A stretch of 59,992 nucleotides of DNA, filler included. It is 9 parts of 9 records of this genome, joined end to end, with 100 filler letters (N's around TTAATTAATTAA, not from the genome) between each part and the next. Parts side by side here need not be neighbours in the genome. Positions count along the whole stretch, not along the records: positions 47,044 to 54,147 come from SRR31147125_82956; positions 54,248 to 59,992 come from SRR31147125_83173; 7 more parts are not named here. One strand, written 5' to 3'. Under the pieces are notes generated by a model that was not told where the DNA came from, ran no database searches, and saw only the letters and a program-made list of their open reading frames with translations. The position numbers and the translations under genes are program-made. Shown here piece after piece: positions 51,475 through 59,992 of the stretch (positions are counted from its first letter, which is position 1; each line of letters opens with the position of its first letter).

Positions 51475-52650
51475 ATGCTAAAGCAATTGCTATTTAATAC
51501 TGATAAACGGTGCCTTTATAAGTTTGGATATAACATGGGGGTTAAAGGTGCGCTTGGCTTTAACCGCTTTCAGAAACGATTAAAAAAGGGAGAGTTCTTC
51601 CCCGCATTTCATTTTATTTCGGTAACCGATGATTGTAACCTGAATTGCCAGGGGTGCTGGGTTATGGGTAAAAAGAAAAACAATAGGTTGTCGGCTGAAC
51701 AGTTGGATCAGATAATTACCGAAACAAAAGCTCAGGGATCTTATTTCTTTGGTATTTTGGGAGGAGAGCCCTTGTTGTATAAACCCTTGTTTGATATTTT
51801 CAAAAAACATAATGACTGCTATTTTCAGTTATTTACCAACGGGACTTTGCTAACTCCTGAAATTGCAGAACGTATAAGGCAATGTGCTAATGTATCGCCT
51901 TTAATCAGTTTTGAAGGAGATGAAGAAGTGGCTGACGTAAGACGTGGAGGGCAGAATGTGTATCAACTTACTCAGCAGGCTATTGATTCTGCTACACAGG
52001 CAGGCTTGGTAACAGGTGTTGCGATGAGTGTTTGCAAGTCGAATCTTGAGTTGGCTTTGTCTGAGTCATTTATTCAGTCGTTGGTTGATCGTGGTGTCCT
52101 TTATTTATGGTATTACATTTACCGGCCAGTAGGTGAGAACGCTACTACTGAACTAAGTTTAAGTGCAGAAGAAATTAAAAAACTAAGAGAGCATATTGTT
52201 GAAGCTCGTTCAAAATATAGCATTGCTATAATTGATGCATATTGGGATGCAGAAGGTAAAGGACTTTGTCCCGCAGCATCTGGTTTAAGCCATCATATTA
52301 ATGCTTCGGGCTATATAGAGCCTTGTCCGGTTATCCAGTTTGCGACCGATCGTGTTGGTGATAAATCGTTAGCTGATATTTATCGAACATCAACATTTTT
52401 GAATGATCTAAAAATTGAAATTCCAGCAAAAACAAGTGGATGTATTGTTATGGATGATCCTCAGTGGCTGGTTGATTTTGTTGAGAAACATGGAGCCATG
52501 GACACATCCGGACGAGAAACTGAAGCAGCTCGGCTGCGAGCCATGCAGAAAGTTTGTAGTCATGGTTCAGGTGATCCCATTCCTGAGAAAAGATGGGTAT
52601 ATAAATTTGCAAAAAAACGCGCCTTTTTTGGATTTGGTGCATACGGATAG
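51475..52650 (+). CDS. Radical SAM protein with twitch/SPASM-like C-terminal region
   Basis: CNLNCQGC, LGGEP, FTNGT; CPAASGLSHHINASGYIEPCP. Confidence 0.92.
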   Translation: MLKQLLFNTDKRCLYKFGYNMGVKGALGFNRFQKRLKKGEFFPAFHFISVTDDCNLNCQGCWVMGKKKNNRLSAEQLDQIITETKAQGSYFFGILGGEPLLYKPLFDIFKKHNDCYFQLFTNGTLLTPEIAERIRQCANVSPLISFEGDEEVADVRRGGQNVYQLTQQAIDSATQAGLVTGVAMSVCKSNLELALSESFIQSLVDRGVLYLWYYIYRPVGENATTELSLSAEEIKKLREHIVEARSKYSIAIIDAYWDAEGKGLCPAASGLSHHINASGYIEPCPVIQFATDRVGDKSLADIYRTSTFLNDLKIEIPAKTSGCIVMDDPQWLVDFVEKHGAMDTSGRETEAARLRAMQKVCSHGSGDPIPEKRWVYKFAKKRAFFGFGAYG

Positions 52651-52653
52651 GCT

Positions 52654-54147
52654 ATGATTAAAACAGAAAGTTTGTTGAAAGTGCCTGATAATGTGAAGTT
52701 TCGAAATTTATTGCGAAGGGAAGCTCATGCGTTGGTTGTTGAAAAGAATCTGCAGCCTCCTGCTGATATTGAGCTTTTGGAAGAACTCGCTCTGGAACTT
52801 TTAACAAAACTGGGCTTAGATAAGGAATACCTCGATTTTACCATCGTTTTGTGTGGAAATGAGTTGTGGCGTGATATTATTGCAGCAACCCCTTTTCAAC
52901 GTCGATTATTGTTGTTGCCTCAATGTTTAAAAAATACACAATCTTGCAAGGCAGATATGGATTCGTTGGGGCTGATTTGTGCAGGTTGTAAAGGTTGCCA
53001 GATCGATAGTGTCCTTACGAAAGCGGAAGCTTTGGGTTATACCACTTTGGTTGCTGAGGGAACTACTGTTGCTGTGGGTTTAGTTGCTGAAGGTGCAATT
53101 GATGCCGTAATTGGAGTTAGTTGTATGCCTGTGCTGCAACGTTCTTTTGAGCCTGTATCCAGGGCTGCTGTGCCAGTAATGGGCTTACCTCTTTTATACA
53201 ATGGTTGTGAGAATACAAATGTTGATTATGGTTGGTTATTTGAAGAAATGCATCAACTGAAACCAAATGCTGAGATACAGCCTTTATCTGTTTCCTTGTT
53301 GAAAAATCAGGTTCAGGATTATTTCACCGAGTTTTACTTGAATCGTTATTTTCAGTCTCATGACGATACGGAAAAACTTGCAAAGCAAATGTTGGTAATG
53401 GGGGGGCAGCGTGTTCGTCCATTATTGGCAGTGTTGGCGTATCGATCGTATTGTCAGGAAATTGATGAAAATATTCAGACATCACTAGCCATTATTATTG
53501 AATGTTTTCATAAGGCTTCGCTTATTCACGATGATATTGAAGATGGTGATGATTATCGATATGAGCAAGAGACTATGCATAAAACCCATGGGATTCCAAT
53601 TGCCCTTAACGTAGGGGATTATCTTATTGGGAAAGGCTATCATATTTTATCGAATTTGCCTGTAGATGCTCCTGTTTTGGCTTCATCACTTAAAGTGGTT
53701 TCATCTTCTCATTTAAATCTTTCCGCAGGTCAGGGTGCAGATTTAATGCTGACTGATAAGTTGCATGATATTTCAGTTGACCAGCTATTGCAAATATTTG
53801 TTCAAAAGACAGGTGAAGCTATAAAAGTGGCCTTGTTGCTTGGTGCTATTAATGGAGGAGCCGATGAATCTGAATTGAAAATATTGCAAACTTTTGCAGA
53901 TTGGTTTGGCATCGCATATCAGATTCGTGATGATTTAAGTGAGTTTAGACAAGATCAGCCAGAGCACCTTCATCAATTCCCATTCTTGATAGCGTTACTA
54001 AATGAAAAGTATTCTAAGTCAGATGTAAAGAATGGATTCCATGCAATGAAAGACTTAAGTTTACAACAATTACATCAGCTTATTTTGAAAGAACAAATTG
54101 ATGTACATGCAGATGCATTCCTTGATTTGTACATTGATAAATGTTAT
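52654..54147 (+). CDS. DUF116-like Cys-rich domain fused to trans-polyprenyl diphosphate synthase (3' partial)
   Basis: LLLPQCL...C...ICAGCKGC...GVSC...NGC; then GGQRVRP, FARM HDDIEDGD, GQGADL, KTG, SARM QIRDDLSE. Confidence 0.88.
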
Positions 54148-54247
54148 NNNNNNNNNNNNNNNNNNNNNNNNNNNNNNNNNNNNNNNNNNNNTTAATTAAT
54201 TAANNNNNNNNNNNNNNNNNNNNNNNNNNNNNNNNNNNNNNNNNNNN
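54148..54247. other. artificial contig spacer
   Basis: N44-TTAATTAATTAA-N44. Confidence 0.99.
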
Positions 54248-54571
54248 GTCTCTTTACTCAGTGGCGGTAATCAGCAGAAGGTGGTTATTTCCAAAGGACT
54301 ATACACTGATTCGGATGTCTATATCTTTTCTGAACCAACTGTCGGAGTAGATGTAGGTGCTAAAGCGGGGATATACAAAGTGATTCGTGAGCTTTCTGAA
54401 GAGGGCAAGGGGACAATTGTAATCGGGTCGGATTGTGAAGAAGTGTATGGTGTGTGCGATAGAATTATTGTTATTTATAATGGTAGCATGGTAGCAAACA
54501 AACCTGTTTCAGAGATTAAGCTGGACGAAGTGCTGGTATATGGTTTGACAGGAGGGCAGGACAATGGTTGA
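54248..54571 (+). CDS. Sugar ABC transporter ATP-binding protein (CUT2), 5' partial
   Basis: LSGGNQQKVVI...EPTVGVDVGAK...CDRI. Confidence 0.93.
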   Translation, partial: VSLLSGGNQQKVVISKGLYTDSDVYIFSEPTVGVDVGAKAGIYKVIRELSEEGKGTIVIGSDCEEVYGVCDRIIVIYNGSMVANKPVSEIKLDEVLVYGLTGGQDNG

Positions 54572-55550
54572 ATTGAAAAAACACTTCTCGCTGATTTCAT
54601 TTATGGTGTTGATTGCAGTTGTGCTGATAGTATTCAGTAGTCTGAATCAACATTTTATGACACTCAATAATATGTCCAAAGCATTTAGAGCTCTTTCAAT
54701 AACTGCGCTGGCTGCTTTGGGGTTGACCTTTGTTGTTGCTATTGGTTATAGTGATATGTCGTTTCATTTCTTTAGTTGTTTTGCAGCTATGGCGATGAGT
54801 TATTGTATCTCACTCAAGATGAATCCAGTGCTGGCAATTTTGATTGGACTTGTCTCGGCAGGTTTGTTTGGGGTTGTCAACGGCGTTGCTATTGGTAGGT
54901 ATAAACTCCCGGATATGATTGTTACTATTGGACTTGGTACAGCGGTATATGGGCTTGCTTATCTCTTTAGCGATGGGGCATATATTTATAGAAATTTTCT
55001 GGATAGTGGTATTATGGAGCTTAATAATGGTGTGATTGCAGGGGTTCCATTACCAGTAATATTCCTTATTGGTCTGTATTTTGTTGCATGGTTGATACTG
55101 CATAAGTCGATTTATGGAAGACGATTTTATGCGATTGGTGGTAATGAAGTTGCAGCGTTGTACTCCGGTATCAGAGTTAGGAGATATATTATTGCTGCAT
55201 TTGTTATTTGTGCAGTGCTCAGCGCATTTCCAAACATGATACAGATTGCTGCGCAGGGTAAAGGATATTTAAAAGGTGGCTTGACTCTGCTTATGCCAGC
55301 ATGGTCGGCAGTATTTGTTGGGATTTCAATTTTTAAAAAGCCTACAGTTTATGGGACATTCCTTGGGGCTTTTCTGGTGTCAATAATGCAAAATGGTTTT
55401 ACAATGCTCTCTGTGCCTTTCTACTATATGGATGGGGTTATAGCGATTGTCTTGATACTTTCAATCTTGATCTCTGGTGTCAAACTATCTAGCTTTATTA
55501 AAAAAGATAGTAAGAATAGTAAAGAAAGGAGCTCGGCAAATGTCGCATAA
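54564..55550 (+). CDS. Sugar ABC permease (RbsC family)
   Basis: GRRFYAIGGNEVAALYSGI; multi-TM. Confidence 0.92.
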   Translation: MVELKKHFSLISFMVLIAVVLIVFSSLNQHFMTLNNMSKAFRALSITALAALGLTFVVAIGYSDMSFHFFSCFAAMAMSYCISLKMNPVLAILIGLVSAGLFGVVNGVAIGRYKLPDMIVTIGLGTAVYGLAYLFSDGAYIYRNFLDSGIMELNNGVIAGVPLPVIFLIGLYFVAWLILHKSIYGRRFYAIGGNEVAALYSGIRVRRYIIAAFVICAVLSAFPNMIQIAAQGKGYLKGGLTLLMPAWSAVFVGISIFKKPTVYGTFLGAFLVSIMQNGFTMLSVPFYYMDGVIAIVLILSILISGVKLSSFIKKDSKNSKERSSANVA

Positions 55551-56499
55551 TATCTCTATAAAGAGTGTGTTTCGTCCAAATGTAATACTTCTCTGGTTAC
55601 TCGCTGTTATGGTTTTGTTCTTCTCCGCTCAGTCTGAAACATTTCGTTCTGGTGAGAATCTTATGGAAATTTTGCGCTCATGCGGAATTATTGCTCTTAT
55701 GGTAATGGGAGCTACATGGATTATTGCCAGTGGAGAGATGGATATCAGTTTTCCAGATATTGCCGCTTTTGCAAGTATGGTGCTGGCAATACTGATAAAG
55801 AATAATTTCTCATGGCCTGTAGCTATCTTGATTTCTATCTTGCTGGGTTCGCTTTATGGGGTCTTGAATGGCACTCTGGTGACAAAATTCAAGTTTCCGG
55901 CGTTGATCGCCTCAATAGCTGTTGGGGGTCTGGCAAAGGCTGTTGCTAATCTTATAAATAAAGGTCAGCCACTATATCTTATGAGTATTGATGATACAAT
56001 TCAATATCTTGTATATGGAAAGATTGTTGGATTTCCTGTTCTGATTATTGTCGTGATTGCTGTATATTTTGTAGCGTCATGGATTCAGGATCGCACTCTG
56101 ACCGGGCAGCATCTATATGCTCTTGGTGAGAATAGAAGTGCATCCCTTGAAGCCGGTATCAAGCAAGGAAGAATTATCTTTAGTTTTTACATTCTTTCTG
56201 CTCTTCTTGCATCGTTTAGCGGAGTTTTATTAGCAGCGTCATTCAACTCCGGTCAGCCACGTATCGGGAATTCATTCTTTATTGATGGGCTTACATCGAT
56301 ATTCCTGGGAGCTATGGTAATCAAAGCTGGTAAACCAAATGTCATCGGTACCTTATTTGGAGCAATTATAATATCAGTTCTTACTAATGGGCTTACTCTG
56401 ATGGGTATTCCGTATTATGTCGGGTCAATTATAAAAGGTATATTGATGGTTTTAGGTGTTGCAGTTATTGCTCTGGCAAGAAAAGGGATAATCAAATAG
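55540..56499 (+). CDS. Sugar ABC permease (RbsC family)
   Basis: GQHLYALGENRSASLEAGI; AGGAG RBS before ATG 55540. Confidence 0.92.
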   Translation: MSHNISIKSVFRPNVILLWLLAVMVLFFSAQSETFRSGENLMEILRSCGIIALMVMGATWIIASGEMDISFPDIAAFASMVLAILIKNNFSWPVAILISILLGSLYGVLNGTLVTKFKFPALIASIAVGGLAKAVANLINKGQPLYLMSIDDTIQYLVYGKIVGFPVLIIVVIAVYFVASWIQDRTLTGQHLYALGENRSASLEAGIKQGRIIFSFYILSALLASFSGVLLAASFNSGQPRIGNSFFIDGLTSIFLGAMVIKAGKPNVIGTLFGAIIISVLTNGLTLMGIPYYVGSIIKGILMVLGVAVIALARKGIIK

Positions 56500-56542
56500 T
56501 TTACATTTGAAATAGTTAAGACTTTGTCTGTTAATTGATAAT

Positions 56543-56566
56543 CAGCCAGCAAACATTTGCTGGCTG
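56543..56566 (+). terminator. hairpin / probable terminator
   Basis: CAGCCAGCAAA-CA-TTTGCTGGCTG. Confidence 0.6.
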
Positions 56567-56787
56567 TTGTTTTGCATGTGAAATTGTATAGCGTTGTGGA
56601 TTTGGTGATTATGTTGCTTTACGAGTTGGTCTGTGTTTCACTGCGGATATCATCTCAGATTCTTCAGAAATAGTTCCTCTAGAAGAGGTATTGTCTCTTT
56701 CGGCTCTTTTGAGTGCTAAAATTATTTACTATACCACTACCATACCATACCATGCTATCTTTTTTTTGTGAATAATTGTAATTGGGT

Positions 56788-56835
56788 TTGACTAAGTATC
56801 TCTTCTGGTGTAAGATGATTATGTAAGTACTTGTA
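56788..56835 (+). promoter_or_regulatory. uxaC promoter (TTGACT-N17-TAAGAT) followed by a degenerate LacI-type operator
   Basis: -35 at 56788-56793, -10 at 56811-56816; TGTAAGTACTTGTA at 56822-56835 matches the palindrome at 59728 at 10/14. Confidence 0.6.
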
Positions 56836-56903
56836 AGTAATTGGTTATTACGTGAGAAATTAGTCTCTTCGTAGTAGCTTAATATATCGTTTCAGGAGAA
56901 AAA

Positions 56904-58310
56904 ATGGCTTTTATAAATGACAATTTCTGTCTGCAGAGTGATGCTGCGGTACGTCTCTTTCATGAGTATGCTAAGGATATGCCGATCATAGATTATCACT
57001 GTCACCTCATTCCGGAGCAGATCGAGGAGGATACTAAGTGGGAGAATCTTACGCAGGTCTGGCTCTACGGAGATCACTATAAATGGCGGGCTATGCGCAG
57101 TAATGGTGTGGCTGAGAAGTATTGTACCGGCGATGCAACTGACCGGGAAAAGTTTGATAAATGGGCTGAAACAATGCCTGCTGCACTGCGTAATCCGCTA
57201 TATCACTGGACACACCTTGAGCTTGCCCGTTACTTTGATTGTGATGAATTGCTCAGCCCTGCTACTGCTGATAAGATTTGGGATATCGGTGTTGAGAGGC
57301 TGGGGTCAGAGGGTTTCTCAGCTAGAGGTTTGATGGAGAAGAGTAATGTCAGGCTTGTATGTACTACTGATGATCCGATGGATTCACTTGCTGCTCACCT
57401 GAGGATTAAAGAGGAAAAAGACTTTTCAGTGAAAGTGCTTCCAGCGTGGAGACCGGATAAGGGGCTAGCTGTTGAAAATCCAGCACTCTTCAATAACTGG
57501 GTTGACCGACTAGCTGCAGCAGCGGATATGGATATTACCGATTTTAAAACTTATCTCAGTGCTCTGCAGAAGAGGCATGATTTCTTTCATGAAGCAGGTT
57601 GCAGAATCTCTGATTATGGTATTGAAACAGCTTATGCAGAGGAATATACAGAGCAGGAAGTGGATAATATTTTTGCTAAAGTACGTGTAGGCAAAGAGCT
57701 TAGCCAGCTGGAAATACTCAAGTTCAAGTCTGCTATGCTGTATCACTTCGGGTTGATGGATGCTGAGAGTAACTGGACTCAGCAGTATCACTTCGGAGCA
57801 TTACGCAGTGCCAATACTCGCATGGTCAAGCAGATCAGTACTGATAGCGGCTTTGACTCAATCGGAGATTTTGAGGTGGCAAGACCGCTGGCGAAATTAC
57901 TGGATAGGCTGGATACGAAGGGTAGATTAGCGAAGACAATTCTTTATAATCTCAATCCACGTGATAATGAACTTCTGGCGACTATGCTAGGGAACTTTCA
58001 GGACGGGAGTGTTGCTGGTAAGATGCAGTTTGGTAGTGGCTGGTGGTTCCTTGATCAGAAAGATGGAATGGAGAAACAGATAGAAGCGCTATCTCAGTTG
58101 GGGCTGCTCTCACGCTTTGTCGGTATGCTTACCGATTCACGTTCATTTCTCAGTTATACCCGTCATGAGTATTTCAGAAGAATTCTCTGTAATATTCTTG
58201 GTGCTGATATTGAAGCAGGTCTCATTCCGGCTGATTATGAGCTTGTCGGCAATATGGTAAAAGATATCAGCTTTAATAATGCCAATAAATATTTCGGATT
58301 TGATCTCTAA
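56904..58310 (+). CDS. uxaC: Uronate isomerase
   Basis: IIDYHCHL, GDHYKWRAMR, CTTDDP, GSGWWFLDQ, GMLTDSRSFLSY. Confidence 0.97.
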   Translation: MAFINDNFCLQSDAAVRLFHEYAKDMPIIDYHCHLIPEQIEEDTKWENLTQVWLYGDHYKWRAMRSNGVAEKYCTGDATDREKFDKWAETMPAALRNPLYHWTHLELARYFDCDELLSPATADKIWDIGVERLGSEGFSARGLMEKSNVRLVCTTDDPMDSLAAHLRIKEEKDFSVKVLPAWRPDKGLAVENPALFNNWVDRLAAAADMDITDFKTYLSALQKRHDFFHEAGCRISDYGIETAYAEEYTEQEVDNIFAKVRVGKELSQLEILKFKSAMLYHFGLMDAESNWTQQYHFGALRSANTRMVKQISTDSGFDSIGDFEVARPLAKLLDRLDTKGRLAKTILYNLNPRDNELLATMLGNFQDGSVAGKMQFGSGWWFLDQKDGMEKQIEALSQLGLLSRFVGMLTDSRSFLSYTRHEYFRRILCNILGADIEAGLIPADYELVGNMVKDISFNNANKYFGFDL

Positions 58311-58337
58311 ATTAGTACTAATAAGTTATATAATATT

Positions 58338-58371
58338 AAAGTGAAGCCTCTATACAGGCTTCACTTTTTTT
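58338..58371. terminator. bidirectional intrinsic terminator
   Basis: AAAGTGAAGCCT-CTATAC-AGGCTTCACTTT followed by a T-run. Confidence 0.8.
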
Positions 58372-58399
58372 AGTTGAATCTGGGGTAATACTCAGAAGT

Positions 58400-59400
58400 C
58401 TATTCAGGCTGGAGAAATGATTCTCTATAAACAATATTTGCCGAAATCTTTTTACCTGACTGACATCTTTTTCATTGAAGACATCAAAGAGAGTGCGTAC
58501 CGCATCGGTGCAGAGAGCTTCAACCTTATTATCTATCGATGTTATAGAAGGATTTGTGCAGTTGGCTATGATTGAGTTATTCATGCCTATCACAGCGACT
58601 TCTTCTGGAATTTTCTTTCCTCTCAACTGGAGAGCTTTTATCGCACCGGCAGCAACAACATCATCAGAAGTGATAAGTGCTGAGAAGTCTGTCTTGGAAT
58701 CAAGCAGATGGTATATTGCTCCCAGATAGCTGTCAAAATCTCTCTCACATTTGACAATACGTTTCTTATTGAGTTTTATCCCGTGCTTTTTCATGGATTT
58801 TTTAAAGCCGGAGACCTTGTGCAACCCACTGAAAGAATCCATATCGTAGAGGTAGATAATGTTTTCATGGCCTTGTTCTATCAGTAGATCGGCTGCTTTT
58901 TCTGTTGCCGCCTCTTCGTCGCAGTATATAGAATAAGTATTATCAAATTCAAACTCTCCATTGATAATAATAATAGGTACTTTCTCCGCCGCTTCCTTGA
59001 TATGGCTGTTATCGGTAAGTTCGTGGAAGATTGAACCTACAAGGATTATGGCATCTACCTGATTTGAGAGCAGGGATTTGATTGCTTTCTTTTTGTGAGT
59101 ATATTCAAGACCTGTACAGTGCAGGGTTACGTCATATCCTTCATGTCGCAGATCATTCTCGATAACAGATACTGCTTTTGCATAGTATATATCCGATACA
59201 TCCGAGCATAACACTCCAACAGCTTTGATAGAGTTGAGCCCGAGAGCTCTGGCAAAAGCATTAGGCTTGTAGCCGTAATCTTTCATTACTGCAAGAACTT
59301 TCTGGCGTGTCGCTTCCTTGACGTTGCCTTTGTTATTGATTATTCTCGATACAGTTGCAATCGAAACTTCTGCTTTTTCTGCAATGTCATAAATATTCAT
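58400..59400 (-). CDS. LacI-family transcriptional regulator (frameshift in T-run 58449-58453)
   Basis: IYDIAEKAEVSIATVSRII; corrected C-terminus KKISANIVYRESFLQPE* stops before the terminator. Confidence 0.93.
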
Positions 59401-59565
59401 ATTATTCCTGTTAAAACTACATTATAGCAAAACTATTGCTGTTATTGTGGAATTGGGAGATTTCCCTAAGAATAACGGGGAAATATTCCAGTAGGGGCAA
59501 TTAGTAAATCTTTATTTAATATTAACACATTACGCTGCTTAGTCCAGTAAATACTTGGAAAAAAA

Positions 59566-59579
59566 TGTAAGCACTTACA
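59566..59579. promoter_or_regulatory. LacI-type operator TGTAAGCACTTACA
   Basis: 13/14 match to the perfect palindrome at 59728. Confidence 0.8.
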
Positions 59580-59727
59580 AGTATTTGTGTGTGTAGAAGT
59601 TTTTAGTAGTGCTTAGGTTTACCCTTTTGTTTGGATTTTATGATTATTTTACGTAAATAGTGAAAAATATATCTACTTATTGCCTCTAAAGTTAGAGAAT
59701 TGCAGAGAGAAAATGTTTGCGAAAAGA

Positions 59728-59741
59728 TGTAAGCGCTTACA
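59728..59741. promoter_or_regulatory. LacI-type operator TGTAAGCGCTTACA
   Basis: Perfect palindrome with central CG, typical of LacI-family sites. Confidence 0.85.
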
Positions 59742-59927
59742 GAATTAAATTGACTAACTTGGATTATGGTGTATCCTGAATTATGTAAGAAGATGAAAGA
59801 ACGTTTTGCATTAAGCAGGGGTTCTTGCCTGATACAGCTATGAATTACATACAAAAGATGTACTTGTTTCATATAATTTGGTTTTGTTATTTTGTTTTTT
59901 CGTGTTATTATTCTGGAGATTTATGTT

Positions 59928-59992
59928 ATGAGGAAATTTACTCTACTTGCTGCTTTGTTTGCTCTTGTCTTTTCTGTAAGCTCTGCATTTGC
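59928..59992 (+). CDS. Secreted protein, signal peptide only (3' partial; possibly a solute-binding protein)
   Basis: GGAG RBS then MRKFTLLAALFALVFSVSSAF. Confidence 0.7.
   Translation, partial: MRKFTLLAALFALVFSVSSAF

Noticed and set aside
9528-54247. Eight regularly recurring TTAATTAATTAA motifs flanked by N runs, superficially a repeat array
   Set aside because: Artificial contig spacers. Gene adjacency across them has no biological meaning, and ORFs ending in X...LIN are artefacts.
1-59992. CRISPR arrays, rRNA, tRNA and transposase genes
   Set aside because: None recognised by eye. A covariance-model search would be needed to exclude small RNAs.

Overview
The window is not one locus. 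It holds nine unrelated contigs joined by 100-bp N44-TTAATTAATTAA-N44 spacers: 1-9527, 9628-16642, 16743-23171, 23272-29291, 29392-34478, 34579-40153, 40254-46943, 47044-54147 and 54248-59992. Contigs 1-3 and 8 look Bacteroidota-like, contigs 4 and 6 are GC-rich, and contig 7 looks Desulfobacterota-like; all taxonomy here is inferred. Many genes carry 1-nt indels in homopolymer runs, most likely sequencing errors. Main highlights: (i) a tightly coupled operon of an HdrA-N-like/2x[4Fe-4S] ferredoxin, a radical SAM enzyme and a DUF116-like/polyprenyl-diphosphate synthase fusion (50703-54147), a candidate uncharacterised anaerobic isoprenoid pathway; (ii) an integron-like gene cassette (about 6592-9105) with an attC-like hairpin and exactly complementary 10-bp core sites, but no integrase in view; (iii) a large BspA-type LRR surface protein gene missed by the ORF track (<1-2410). 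Also present: a CoA-dependent catabolic operon with tandem MaoC hydratases, an LktA-like two-partner secretion pair, a CoA-disulfide reductase with two rhodanese domains, a split purH, and a LacI/uxaC locus with visible operators. Family assignments come from motif recognition, not database searches.
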